This document shows positions 11,520 to 25,464 of a stretch of 60,263 nt of DNA, piece after piece. Within the stretch, counting starts at the first letter, position 1. Every line of letters starts with the position of its first letter. The position numbers were made by a program, and so were the translations under genes. Source of the DNA: Octopus sinensis. Taxonomy: Eukaryota. A model generated the notes under the pieces. It was not told the origin of the DNA and did not search any database. It saw only the letters and a list, made by a program, of their open reading frames with translations. The stretch spans positions 1-60,263 of the forward strand of contig NW_021833938.1 in the NCBI RefSeq assembly GCF_006345805.1, read 5' to 3'.

Positions 11520-13499
11520 TTTGCAAATCCTGCTGCTTTGCCATGAAATTTTTGGTCCCCCAAAGTTGTTTTGATGTATAAGTCAGCCTAACCCTTTTGG
11601 CTGTGAAGTTTGGCCTAAAGAATTCGATTTGAATGCCAGAAAATACAGTAATAAATATTTCTAAACATTTTGATGTAGTAGCATTCTGGGATTCTGTTAG
11701 CTTTCGGTTTACACAATGCTGGATAGACACTTGATGAACGCTGCAGAATAATACCATTTTACCATTTTCAAAGCCAATAAAACTGATTGACAATGGGTTG
11801 CTGCGAATCCAGACACTGTTGAACGATAAATCTACATTGCGAGGATGTTGTTCGCGGCTTGGTTGCTCTTGTGTGAAACCTGCTTGTTCTTCATGATAGC
11901 AATGAAAAGGCTGGAGCAGCAAACCTCAAAAGACCTTACCGAAGACCGACAACAATGTAAACTCCGAGCCAATTGTTACAATCAACTGTATTGCTTTCCT
12001 TTAAGCAGTTTGACTATCACACTTCACTGTCACACTTCTGAGACAAAACTGTCATTACAGGCAGATTGGTCAGTGATGTTATGGCACTCTGACTTCCATG
12101 CTTCAGTAACTCTGCTGGTGTCCAATCTAGATCATTGTTTTTGTTTCTTTATTTTTCATTTTTATTTTTATTTTATTTTTTTTTTGTTTCAGTGTCATGA
12201 TCATTGTCTATATATTCTCGTATGATACCCAACCTGTGGTTTAATAGGATTCCTTTGTTTTCATACTGAGGTGTGTGTGTGTGTGTGTGTGTGTGTTGTG
12301 TGTGGTTTGGCATTGTCATCATCATCCTTTAATGTCGGTTTTGCATGCTGGCATGGGTTGGATGGTTTGACAAGATTTGATGAGCTAGTTGTATGCATGT
12401 GTGTGTGTGTATATGCGTGTGCACAGATATGTATGTGTGTATGTGTTTATGTACACGTGTGTGAGTGTATGTGTGTGCACATATTTGGATGCATGTATGT
12501 GTTTATGTATGCATGTGTGTGTGTGTTTATGCATGCATGTGTGTGTATGTGTGTGCATATATGTATGTGTATGTGTTTATGTATGCATGTGTGAGCGCAC
12601 ATATGTGCATGTGTGTGCACATGTGTGTATGTGTTTATATATGCATGTGTGTGCGTGTGAATATATATATAAATCCTTAAATCCTTAAAAATGTTTTAGC
12701 CCGAAGGCCGCAGCCATGCTGGGGCACCACCGCTGATATATATATATATATATATATACATTCTACCCCAACACACATACAACGCAAACACACAGAAACA
12801 CAAACACACAGAAACACAAACACACACACACCACACACACACACACACGTTCATTTATACATGAATGTATGTATGACATACAAGAAAATATGCATAAAAT
12901 ATTATGACCAGTGACATAAACTTTTATATAAATAGATTCTGAAGAGAGGAAGAAAATGGTGTGAAGATGTGTGTGTGTGTTGTGTGTGTGTGTGTGTGTG
13001 TGAACATGTATGCGTGTGAAAGTGTGTCTGAGAGAGAGAGAGAGAGAGAGAGAGAGATGTATAGATGCAGATAGCTACATAATGTATAGGTACCAGTGAT
13101 GAAAGAAATGAAGGAAAAGGGGGGGGGGTCTCGGACATGGAAATTTTGTATGCATGGGCAGATGCGGACAGGAAACATGACTGTAGAAAGACTACATGGT
13201 AACAAGAGGGATTTGGGGGGAGGGGGTGAGCGAGCAGGAAATCCCATGTTGTAAAAGAGATGGTAAAGGTGGCGGTGGATGGGGCGAGGGTGGAGGTGGG
13301 GGGGTCGAAGGAGAGAAAATGCAGGAAACCGTATGCGAGAGATAGGCAGAGGGACGAGGGGGGAGATAGAAGAAGAGGAGGAGTAGTAAGAGAGAGGAAG
13401 GGGGAGAAGAGCAGCAGACCACTTTGGGTGTAGAGAGGAGGTGGAGGAAGAGGAGATGGAGGAGGAGAAAGAGTGAAAGCAGGAAACCAAGGTCGTAAT

Positions 13500-13799
13500 G
13501 AGAGGGTGAAAGAGAGATAGAGGGAGAGTGAAAAATGATTAAAGCGAGAAAGACAGAATAAGAGAGAGAGAGGGAGAGAGAGAGAGAGAGATAGAAGGAC
13601 AGTGAGAAATAATTAAAGAGAGAAAGACAGAATAAGAGAGAGAGAGAGAGAGAGAGAGGCAGAGATAATGAAGATATGGGGAAGAGAGAGGAAAAAGAGA
13701 GAAAAACAAAGAGTTAATGATAAAAAGAAAGAGAAAGTGAGAGGGTAAAAGAGAGAGGGGGAAAAAGAGAATGAAAAAAGGAAACAGTGAGAGATAATT

Positions 13800-13840
<41 letters not shown>

Positions 13841-13990
13841 ATGTAATGTGCATGCTTGATGCACAGATGTGTGTGCAGTAGGTGTATATGTGGAGATGGT
13901 AGACAGCTGTATGTATAATGGATAACAACAGTCAGCTGAGAGAGTGGGAAGAGAGATGGAGAGAGAGAGAGAGAATAATTAGAGAGAGAT
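13500..13990. repeat. (GA)n-rich polypurine tract
   Basis: Direct reading. Confidence 0.9.
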
Positions 13991-14589
13991 GGAGAAGGAT
14001 GAGAGGACAAACATTACAAGATAATAATAACAATAATAATAATAATAATAATAATGAATCAAAAGAAAACACACAAACGTACAAAAAAAAAAAGGGGAAA
14101 AAATATATTGGCGAATATCAAAGAATAAAGGAGAAAACAAACAAATTTTATGGAAGAAGGAGAGGAAGAAAATATGTGTGTGTGTGGGGGGGGAGATGAA
14201 GAGAGAGAGAGAGAGAGAGAGAAAGGAGTGTTGAAAATATGAGAGAGAGAGAGAGGGGGGGTGAGTGTTGATAATGTGAATGAGACAGAGGGAGTGGGGG
14301 GAGGGAGTTTGATAATGTGAGTGAAAGGAAGAGGGTCCAATGCATAAGGGCAAAAATATATACTGGATGGGGTTAGACATGGATTGGGTATATACACACA
14401 CACATACACACATACAAACAATCCATCCGTCCGTCTGTCTGTCTGTCTCTCTTTATATTATATTATATTATATTATATTATATATATATGTATATATGTA
14501 TATATATATGATATAATGTTACACATATAATTATCTATATATATACTCAAAAATAAACAAAATATGACACTGATATGCGTACACGTGTG

Positions 14590-15232
14590 TATTATGTGTG
14601 TGTGTGTGTGTGTGTGTGAAAGCATGTATTTATATAATTATCTGTATGGGCATTAATGCTCACATAATTACACACAAACATGCATACATATATACACACA
14701 TACATACAGACATGCATACATATATACACATACATACAGACATGCATATATATATATATATAATATATATATATATTATCACGCATATATACAGACATGC
14801 ATATATATAATATATATATATATATATATTCTATATACACCATATATACAGACATGCATATATATATATATATATATACACACATACATACAGACATTCA
14901 TATATATACACACATACATACAGACATGCATATATATATATATATAATATACACATACATACAGACATGCATATATATATATATACACATACATACAGAC
15001 ATGCATATATATATATGCATGTCTATATACATGCATAAATATATATATATACATGCATATATATATATATATATATATACATGCATGTACACATTGAAAT
15101 ACACACACCCACACACGTGTGTGTATGTGTGTGTTTATAAAACATATAAAAGAAACAGAGACAGGCATTTTCACAAGAGAGTTTTCAAGTAAAAGATAGA
15201 TACATGGATGTTTGATGTAGACAGATGTGTGT

Positions 15233-15280
<48 letters not shown>

Positions 15281-15401
15281 AGAGAGAGGAGGGCAGGAGA
15301 AGGGATGGTTCAGCACCTAGAGTTTGACAGAGGAAAAGAGGGAGGAGGAACAGAAGGCATATGCAGAAATAGAATGCGTGTATATATATATATTGTGTGT
15401 G

Positions 15402-15449
<48 letters not shown>

Positions 15450-15530
15450 GTATATTATGTGTATATATATATATATGTGTGTATATATATATATATATAT
15501 ACACATGCACATGGACACACATTATGAGTA
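14590..15530. repeat. Compound microsatellite including a higher-order cacatacatacagacatgcat(at)n unit
   Basis: About 8 units between ~14690 and ~15010. Confidence 0.9.
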
Positions 15531-17086
15531 GGAGCAGGAGGCAAGGAAGAAGAGAAAGTTAAAGGGATGGAAAAGGGAGAATTGAAAATATATAAAAAAA
15601 TATATAACTATAACTATATATATATATATATATATACATATATACACATATATAAATTAAGAGTAGTGGTAGAAGGAGATGAAAACAAAACTGAGGCAAG
15701 AATTGAAAGGCAGCTATGGGAATAAATAAATAAAAATACATAAATAAATCATGGGATAAATCAAATAAAATATTTAAAAAAAAAATAATAATAAAAATAA
15801 TAATAATAGTGAGTAGGAGAGCATTCCTTTCAGACAAAAGATTGTAGTAAATGAAAGGAATAAAGTTCAAATGTCTACTGCCGCCATAACCATACCGTAT
15901 TTTCTATGACTCATAAGGAATTCCTTCTAAATTATTATTATTATTATTATTATTATTATAATACTACTACTACTACTACCCCACTATTACTATTGCTACT
16001 AGCACCATTATATTTTATGTCAGGATATTGTCATAGCTGTATTTTTTTAAGTACAGCTCTAGGCTTCATAATTTCACTCTAGATCTGTAATGGCCAGTTG
16101 ATGTGACGCTGCCAGTTGAGAAACAAAATAACACACAAAGTAAAAATAAATAAATGAATGAATAAAATAAAATAAAATTTAAATAAATAAATGAATAAAT
16201 AAATAAATATGTAAAATGTTATGTATGTAAAGAAATTAAAAAAAAAATTTTTTCAAAAAAAAATTAAAATAAACAGATGAAGTAAAAATAAATTGAAAAA
16301 AAAAAGACAACAAAAAATAAAAAATAAAAAGTAATATACGATAAAAGAAAAACAAAAAAAAAACAAGCGAGAATTTTTCCAGAAAATCTAGAATTGATAA
16401 TATGGTAAAGCAGAATTTGAAAGGTGGTAAAAAGAAAAAGAGAGAGAGAGAGAGAGAGAGGGAGAGAGGATGAGTAAGAGGAGGCTGATATATAGATAGG
16501 GAAGGGGTGGCAGGAAGAGAGGGAGGAAGAGGAAGAGTTCTTTGAGGGAGGAAGAGGAAGAGTTCTTTGAAAAAGGAAGACAAAGAGAGAGAGAGAGAGA
16601 GAGTCTTTTGCAAAGAAGAGCATTTTTCAGTATGTGAGAACTGAAGATTTTTGGATTTAACATTGAACCGATGCTTTCCCACTACAGCATCTATGTAAAA
16701 TAGATTTCGGAATGCAGTTGCTGCAGTTGCCGCCGTTACTGGCATGTGCACATGTGTACGTAACTGCGGCGTGTACATATATGCGCGTGTACGTAACGGC
16801 GTGCTCGGCTTTTTAAATAATTTATTTAAAATGACGGCAGTGAAGGATGATGTGGCCAGGAATAAGCAGAGTGCCAGAGAACGGAAGGCTTGGCCATGAC
16901 TAGTTGAAATGAACCAGAAGCTCCGAGTTCAAATGACCTTCATGGCTAATGATGGCACTTCTCCTATGGTCTCTATAAACAGAAATAGCAGTAATATAAG
17001 TGGGGAAGCGAGCAGACTGGTCACTGAAATCAATAGGAACTGCATGTGTGTGCGTGCATATATATATATATATATATATATGCATA

Positions 17087-17427
17087 GGCGCAGGAGTGGC
17101 TCTGTGGTAAGTAGCTTGCTTACGAACCACATGGTTCCGGGTTCAGTCTCACTGTGTAGCACCTTGGGCAAGTGTCTTCTACTATAGCCTCAGGCCGACC
17201 TAAGCCTTGTGAGTGGATTTGGTAGACGGAAACTGAAAAGAAGCCTGTCGTATATATGCATATTGGTGTGTTTACGTCCCCCGTAACTTAGCAGTTCGGC
17301 AAAAGAGACCAACAGAATAAGTACTAGGCTTACAAAGAATAAGTCCTGGGGTCAATTTGCTTGACTAAAGGCGGTGCTCCAGCGTGGCCACAGTCACATG
17401 ACTGAAACAAGTAAAAGAGTAAAGAGT
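17087..17427 (+). mobile_element. tRNA-derived SINE, family A
   Basis: Head ggcgcaggagtggc...gggttcagtc, body caccttgggcaagtgtcttctactatagcc, tail gactgaaacaagtaaaagag. Confidence 0.85.
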
Positions 17428-17899
17428 ATATATAGCTGATCTTTTTCAGGTTTCAGCCATTGAATTGTGGCCATGCTGTAGCACCAATTTGAAGGATTTA
17501 ATCAAACCAATCAACCCTGGTTCTTATTAAGTCTAGTTCTTAGTCTATCCATCTCTCTTGTTGAATTGCTAAGTTGTGGGGATTGTGGGGATGCAAACAA
17601 ACCAACATCGGTTGTCAAGCAGTGGTGAGGACAAATATGAATACAAACACAAACAATAGGCTTCTACACAGTTTTCATCTAGCAAATTCACTCATGAGCC
17701 AATTGGTGACCCAGGGCTATAGAAGAAGACATACCCCAAGGTACTGAGCAGGAGGATTGAACCCCAAAACTAGTTGGTTGCAACACACACACACATCACA
17801 GCCAAACTTTCGAGTGATTCAAGGAACCATGTTTCCATAGGTTTTTTTCTTCCAAATTGCTAAAACTCTCTCACTTGATCACAACTCATGACAGATATA

Positions 17900-18520
17900 G
17901 GTGCAGGAGTGGCTGTGTGGTAAGTAGCTTGCTTGCCAACCACGTGGTTCCGGGTTCAGTCCCACTGTGTGGCAACTTGACCAAGTGTCTTCTACTATAG
18001 CCTCGGGCCGACCAAAGCCTTGTGAGTGGATTTGTTAGATGGAAACTGAAAGACGCCATTGTATATATAATATATATATATGTATGTGTGTGTATATATC
18101 TATGTATCTGTGTTTGTCCCCCCCCCCTCAACATCGCGTGACAACCGATGCTTGTGTGTTTACATCCCTGTAACTTAGCGGTTCGGCAAAAAGAGAAGAC
18201 CGATAGAATAAGTACTAGGCTTAGAAAGAATAAGTCCTGGGGTCGATTTGGTCGACTAAAGGCGGTGCTCCAGCATGGCCACAGTCAAATGACTGAAACT
18301 AGTAAAGAGTATGTGTATGTGTGTGTATATATTTGTGTATCTATGCTTGTCCCCCCCCCCCCAACACCGCTTGACAACCGATGCTGGTGTATTTACGTTC
18401 CTGTAACTTAGCAGTTCGGCAAAAGTGGTCGATGGTCGGTTTGCTCGACCTAAAGGCGGTGCTCCAGCATGTCCACAGTCAAATGACTAAACAAGTAAAA
18501 GAGTAAAGGAGTAAAAGAGA
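17900..18520 (+). mobile_element. SINE family A plus a tandem second 3' half (from ~18340)
   Basis: Full head, body and tail to ~18310, then a repeat of cttgacaaccgatgctgg...aagtaaaagag. Confidence 0.85.
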
Positions 18521-18870
18521 TAGTGTCACAGTCTTTTGGCGATGGGACTGGATTTGAACTTCAAACGCACAGAGTGACACAATAAACGCGATTAGACATT
18601 TCATCCTGTGTACAATCAAACCAGACAACATTTTTGGATGGTATTCATTTTCATCAATTCCAGAAAGATGAAATGCAAATTAGACTTCGTTGGGATTTGA
18701 ACCCACGATGCAGAGAGTTGGAGCATTATAGTGAGGACCAACAACACTGTAAATTTGCTACCTTATATTACACACGCACACACTTATATAAGCATTCACT
18801 CACACACATACATTTACATACCTATACATGCATACGCTGTTGTATGCAGGTGCATGAGCACACCTACAGA

Positions 18871-18903
<33 letters not shown>

Positions 18904-19074
18904 CATTCTGAGTTCAAATTCTGTTGATCTAAATTTTGCCTATCATCCTTTTGGGGGTCAACGTAATTGGCTTAATTCCTTTCCCTAAATTTGAGGTCTG
19001 CTGCTTCCAGTAGAGAGATTATTATTATTATATTACCTGTAGATGTATGTGTGTGTGTGTATATATATATATAA

Positions 19075-19131
<57 letters not shown>

Positions 19132-19679
19132 ATGAGAGAGAAAGAGAGACATACGAACATGTGCACACACACACATGTACACAAACATGTAGATATACAT
19201 GAGTCTATATAAATGTGTGTGTGTGTGTGTGTGTAGATGCACAATCATGACTAAGAAATTTGCATTTCAGCCCCATGGTTTAGGGCTCATTATTATAAAA
19301 CTGTGGCACATTGGGCAAGGGGACAAATATCTTCCACTACAGCTCCAGAATGGTATTAATAAGCAGAAACAGAGAAGAAGCCCCTTAATAAGCATGCATG
19401 AACCAATGTTTGTGGTGTGTGTGTGTGTGTGTGTGTGTGAATGTTATGACTTAAGTGTTGTTGTTGTTGGCAGTTCAGTAAGGTCCTCAACCTGCCCCGT
19501 ACATTTCGGGCTGTATGAAATAAGAGCCCCCCCCATACTCGAGAAAGAGGTAAGGGTTGGCACCAGGAAGGGCCTCCAGTTGTAAAACAAGGCTCCAATA
19601 GCATAAACCCCTAACCAGTGTTAGCAGGGGAAAATGAACATGGGAGAAAAAAAAAAGCAAAAGAACAAAAAAAAATAAT

Positions 19680-20172
19680 ACATACATACATGTATATAGA
19701 CACACACATATGCACGCATGCATGCATACATACATACATACATACATAGATATACACACGCACATACACACACATATATATACACACACACATGCATACA
19801 TACACATACATATATATATATATATGTGCACAGATACAGACATAGATCACACACAAGTGCATACACACATACGTATATGTGCACAGATATAGATATAGAT
19901 ATAAATCACACACACGAGCATACATACATGTATATACACACATATATACACATGTAAATTCATACATACACATACATAATACACCCACATGCACAAAAAA
20001 ACCTATGCATATCACTATACACACACTCTAACATGCATATAACAATGTATATTATACATACACATGAGTATACACATTGAAATATATATATATATATATA
20101 TATCTTACTCTACCACTGGTATTTGAGTACTCTTTTTTCCACCTTGTTTCACATTATGTGTTTACTCCGTAC

Positions 20173-20237
<65 letters not shown>

Positions 20238-20546
20238 TTACATATACATTATATATATAAGTAGACATTCACATAGGCCTATATATATATATGTATACAC
20301 AGGCACACAAGCAACAAGATACTGCTCACTTATCAGAGTGGGCAGTACCTACAAATGTATGCTGCTAACACCAACTGCGTAGACGCCTCGACCCCATGCC
20401 AGGATGGAAAGTGGATATACAATGACGATGAAATATCCATACATGTGTGGTGTGTGTATGTGTGTGCACACACACACACACATATATATACATATAAATA
20501 TATATATACACAAACACATTATATACATACATACATAAGTACATAC

Positions 20547-20607
<61 letters not shown>

Positions 20608-20907
20608 TACATACATACCTATATATACATGCATATATACACATACATTCACACATGTAAACATACATACACACACACACATGCGCACACATGTAAACAT
20701 ACACACGCACACACATAAACACACACATGTAAACATACACACACACATGTAAACATACACATGCACATGTAAACATACACATGCACACAAGTGTAAACAT
20801 ACATACACATGTGTATACATACACACACACGTGTATACATACACACACACGTATACATACACACACACGTATATACATACACACACACGTATACATACAC
20901 ACACATG

Positions 20908-20943
<36 letters not shown>

Positions 20944-21005
20944 TACACATGTATACATACACATATACACATGTACACACACACACACACACACACATAT
21001 GTATG
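19680..21005. repeat. Compound (CA)n/(TA)n/(CATA)n microsatellite region
   Basis: Direct reading. Confidence 0.9.
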
Positions 21006-22037
21006 ATCTAACAGATATTGCAAAGCTATACCGATATATAAGCCAGTAAGAAGCTAGCCATGTTTTTAGGATGCAGGCAGCACCATGGGATCTTTTACGG
21101 TGTGTTTATATATAAATCTGCACAAAAGCACCCCCATGCTCACATCCATGCACAGGTGCACTCATACACACACACACAAAACGCATACGACTAGATGTAC
21201 TTTCGCCTCAACAGAAGGCAGATTTCTAGCTCGCTACCACATCCCGGCATCTCACATTGCACAGTTCCATAATGGAAACTCTAGCTGAACACCCACTCGG
21301 CTGCCGTTTCTTTAGGAGGAACAAGCAAGATTTCTCTGTTGAAATTTAAAAATTATTATTACTTTTAACAGCGCCACGAAGACACGAAAACGACATTAGT
21401 TAATCAGCAGACAATTACAATAACGAACTGAAACAGTGTCAGCTAAACACTGCGACCTACCCCACCACTACCACCACCACCACCACCACCCCGACGTACA
21501 GTACAGTACAGTACAGCACGGTACACTCCCATCGTAACGACGACCTTGTATTTTATTTCCAGTTTTAAAATGAAACCGACACAAAAGTACAAAAAGGAAA
21601 AAAGAAAAAGAAAAAAAAAGAAAATGAATTAACAACAACAAAACTTAAGAAAAACACTATTTAACTACAGTACTGCTGCTATCACTAAAATCACCACCAC
21701 CACCACTACTACCGCCGCTACAACCGAGCTGTCACCGTAAAGAAAAAGAAAAAGAAAACGAGGTGAAGTAGATATGTAAGAATGAAACGAGAACTGTGTG
21801 ACACAAATCGTATCTAAAAGTGCAGTGTGCACAGTGAATTGCAGGTGTGCAAAATAGCTGCACAGCACAGTGGTTGGTGCTTACCCGTTTTAGATAACGA
21901 GTTTGTTTATGGTGGTTGACCCTGGAGGGTGGTATAGTTGCAGGAGGGAACAGAATGGTCAGCAGCCTATGGGGAAGAGTGTCCGCATAGGTAGCTGTTG
22001 ACCAGTGTTGTTTTCACTCAGTGAGTAGAGACTGCTC

Positions 22038-22404
22038 TGGAGGTGCAATGGCCCAGTGGTTAGGGCAGCGGACTTGCGGTTGTAGGATTGCGGCTTCGAT
22101 CTCCAGACCGGGCATTGTGAGTGTTTATTGAGCGAAAACACCTGAAGCTCTACGAGGCTCTGGCAGGGGGGTGGGGGTGGCGAACCCTGCTGTACTCTTT
22201 GACCACGACTTTCTCTCACTCTTTCTTCCTGTTTCTGTTGTACCTGTATTTCGAAGGGCCAGCCTTGTTAACTCTGTGTTACACTGAATCTGCCCGAGGG
22301 TACACGTGTCTGTGGAGCGCTCAGCCACTTGCACATTAATTTCACAAGCATGCTGTTCCGCTGATCAGATCAGCTGGAACCCTCATCATTGTAACCAACG
22401 GAGT
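22038..22404 (+). mobile_element. tRNA-derived SINE family F2 (shares 3' tail with F1)
   Basis: Head ggaggtgcaatggcccagtggttagg; tail gggtacacgtgtctgtggagcgctcagcc...tgtaaccaacggagt. Confidence 0.8.
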
Positions 22405-22555
22405 AACATAAGAGACTGCACTGGTCAAAAGCTATGTAGACCATGAGTGAAGGCTGCACTGGTCAAGAGCGACACATGGGGACAGTGAAAAGAGATAACA
22501 CTGGTCAACAGCAATGACTACAGTGAATTGGTATACAAAGTGTTCTAAAGACGTG

Positions 22556-22772
22556 TACCTATTTCTTTACTACCCACAAGGGGCTAAACACAGAGGGGGC
22601 AAACAAGGACAAATGGATTAAGTCAATTACATCGACCCCAGTGTACTTAATTTATCGACCCCGAAAAGATGAAAGGCAAAGTCGATCTCGGCGGAATTTG
22701 AACTCGGAATGTAACGGCAGACGAAATGCGGCTATGCATCTCGCCAGGCGTGCTAATGATTCTGCCAGCTCC
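22556..22772 (-). mobile_element. SINE family B
   Basis: Reverse complement of gctggcagaa...gcctttcatc(c/t)ttcggggtcgataaatt...agtaaagaaataggta. Confidence 0.85.
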
Positions 22773-23131
22773 AAAGACATGCACCGTTAGCATAATTCTC
22801 ATGACTCAACAGGACACACCCACACAGCATTTGAGAAGGCTACTCCTTTTGAAATACAAGTACAGCCCATTAAGCAGACATTTATACAGTTCCTGTTTCC
22901 CCAAATCCTCTCACAAGTCTTGGTTCCACCGAAAAGTACAGTAAAAGACCCTCGATCAAAATGCCATGCAGCAGGATTGAAACTGGGACTTCATGGCTGT
23001 GAAGTGCACCTCTGAACTTATTCGTTCACGCATGTGTCCACTTAACTCTTTCATTACCATATTTCTTCCCAAACTATAGTGCTTTTGTTCCAATTAATTT
23101 CGAAAATAAAGAATTTAATAAAATAACCATA

Positions 23132-23530
23132 GGCAAAGGAGTGGCTGTGTGGTAAGTAGATTGCTTATGGGTTCAGTCCCACTGCGTGGCACCTTGGGTA
23201 AGTGTCTTCTACTATAGCCTCGGGCTGACCAAAGCCTTGCAAGTGGAATTTGGTAGATGGAAACTGAAAGAAGCCCGTCCTATATATGTATGGCATATAT
23301 ATATGTATATGTGTGTATATGTTTATGTGTCTGTGTTTGTCCCACCCAACATCACTTGACAACCGATGCTGGTGTGTTTAACATGCCGTAACTTAGCGGT
23401 TCTGCAAAAGGGACCGATAGAATAAGTACTAGGCTCACAAAGAATAAGTCCTGGGGGGTCGATTTGCTCGACTAAAGGTAGTGCTCCAGCATGGCCACAG
23501 TCAAATGATTGAAACAAGTAAAAGAAAAAA
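23132..23530 (+). mobile_element. SINE family A with 12-bp target-site duplication
   Basis: aaataaccatag at 23121-23132 and 23531-23542. Confidence 0.9.
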
Positions 23531-23929
23531 AAATAACCATAGCAATATTAAACTGGTGTCTGAGACACAAATTAATAGGAAAAACTGATGGGTGGTTATC
23601 ATTTAAGTCCCTGGGTTGTATCATTGATCCAAGGATAGTCTCAGGCATTCTGGTATCAAAAGGGTTATCTTTTCTTTTTATCCTTTTACTCTTGTCCGTC
23701 ATAGGACTGTGGCCATGCTGGGGCACTGCCTTGAAAGGTTTCATTGAACAAGTGACTCCAGTGTTAATATTCTTTCATTAAGTCTGGTACATATTGTAGC
23801 GGTCACTCTTGACAAACTGTAAAGTTACTGGGACATAAACCAACACCAGTTAAGCGGTGGCAGGAGATAAACTCATACACAAAGACAAAAAAAACACACG
23901 AAAGGCTTCTTTCAGTTTCCATTTACCAA

Positions 23930-24265
23930 AAGCACCATCTGAGTGTGATCGTTGCCAGAGTGGCTATCTGGCCTCCGTGCCGGTGGCACATAAAAGCCAC
24001 CATCACCTTACTGGCACCTGTGCCGGTGGCATGTGCAAAAGATTCGAGCGAGGTTGTTGCCAGTACCGCCTTGACTAGCCCCCATGCTGGTGGCACGTAA
24101 AAGCACCCACTACACTCTCGGAGTGGTTGGCGTTAGGAAGAGCTGTAGAAACTCTCCCAGATCAAGATTGAAGCCTGGTGCAGCCATCTGGTTCGCCAGC
24201 CCTCAGTCATTCATCCAACCCATGCTAGCATGGAAAGCGAACGTTAAACGATGACGATGATGATG
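23930..24265 (+). mobile_element. Family C retroposon (RTE-like 3' end with (GAT)n tail)
   Basis: gcacccactacactc...ccaacccatgctagcatggaaagcg-acgttaaacgatga. Confidence 0.75.
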
Positions 24266-24400
24266 AAATCCACTCACAAAGCTCTGGCTAAGCTGGGGGA
24301 TATAGTAAAAGACGCTTGCCCAAGGTGCCACGCCGTGGGACTGAACCTGGAACCATGTGGTTGGGAAGCAAGCTTCTTACCACACAGCCATGCCTGCCCT
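24266..24400 (-). mobile_element. SINE family A, 5' half
   Basis: Reverse complement of head and body. Confidence 0.8.
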
Positions 24401-24483
24401 TACAGTTAAATACGATAGATCTGAAATGAAAGATACAATGCACGGCCATAGCTAGGGCATCTTTGAGTATAGTTGCCCGGGGC

Positions 24484-24520
<37 letters not shown>

Positions 24521-24537
24521 AATGATTGATTACTGAC

Positions 24538-24948
24538 CTGAATGTGTCGTATTAGATTCTGCATCGGCCACTTGTTTTGTTGGTTTTAAAGGCAAACTAA
24601 TTCGTAGATCTTGGCTTCCATTGTCCTCTTCTTTGCGTTTATTAGAATGACCGCTCTCCAGTGTTCGGTTCAGTTCTTTCATCGGTTCGGACGAGCGAGG
24701 CGAGTGTTTCGTATCCAGCGCCTCTTTGCGCGCGATCGGCGCCGAGATGCTGGGCTGCTTCGAGCCAATCTGTGATATGGCCTCGGTCCCAGAATCATCA
24801 TCATCATCATATTCAGCTTCAGAGTCCAGAACACTTATGTTTTCCTTGTTACAGCGATGGACTTTGTGTTTGATGAATTTTTGTATGTCCCGCAGCGGGA
24901 AGTTCGTCTGGCAGTCTCCGCACACAAGGAGGTCATTTTCTTGTTCCA
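24538..24948 (-). CDS. BCL11A: Internal coding exon (exon-2 equivalent) of a BCL11A/BCL11B-family zinc-finger transcription factor; CCHC finger
   Basis: Translation [36 protein letters not shown]...[16 protein letters not shown] matches the BCL11 CCHC finger (human [27 protein letters not shown]). Acceptor is a T-tract then gcag|TG (AG at 24950-24949); donor CAG|GTCAGT (GT at 24537-24536). 411 nt, phase 1 at both ends. The GTG start in the ORF track is the splice junction, not a start codon. Confidence 0.93.
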
Positions 24949-25464
24949 CTGCAAAAAAAATAAAAAAAAATATGGTAAATCCGAATTACTGGACATATGG
25001 GGAACATAATGGTGGGGGTTAAACTTGACACGAAACAACAACAAAAACAATAAAGCAATGAACCAGTGGTCATCCGTCTGCAACAATTTGGACTCAACAA
25101 TTCTATATCTTTACTGGTTTCAGTCATTGGACTGCAGCCATACTATAGAACTGCTTTGAAGAATTTTAGTTGAATGAATCAACCCAAGAACTTGTTTCTT
25201 TTTAGGCTTGATAATTATTTTGTCGGTCTTTTTTGCCGAACCACTTAATTACAGGGACATAAACGCACACACACACACATCATATAATAATAAATATTAG
25301 GGAATAAATCCAAATTTACAGGGAAAAAATCAGATTTAGGATTAAATCCAATTTTATAGTAAAATATTATATAATATTAATTCGAGACAAAACCACTATT
25401 TTGCAAAACAAACAAGGAAAGACTTAATCAATACATAAAATTTTAATATAAAGTAAATAAACCG

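Noticed and set aside
13270-13310. G-rich run as a G-quadruplex
   Set aside because: Only three clear G3+ runs, within low-complexity purine sequence.
24726-25086. Overlapping ORFs around the CCHC exon
   Set aside because: Antisense or alternative-frame shadows of the real exon.
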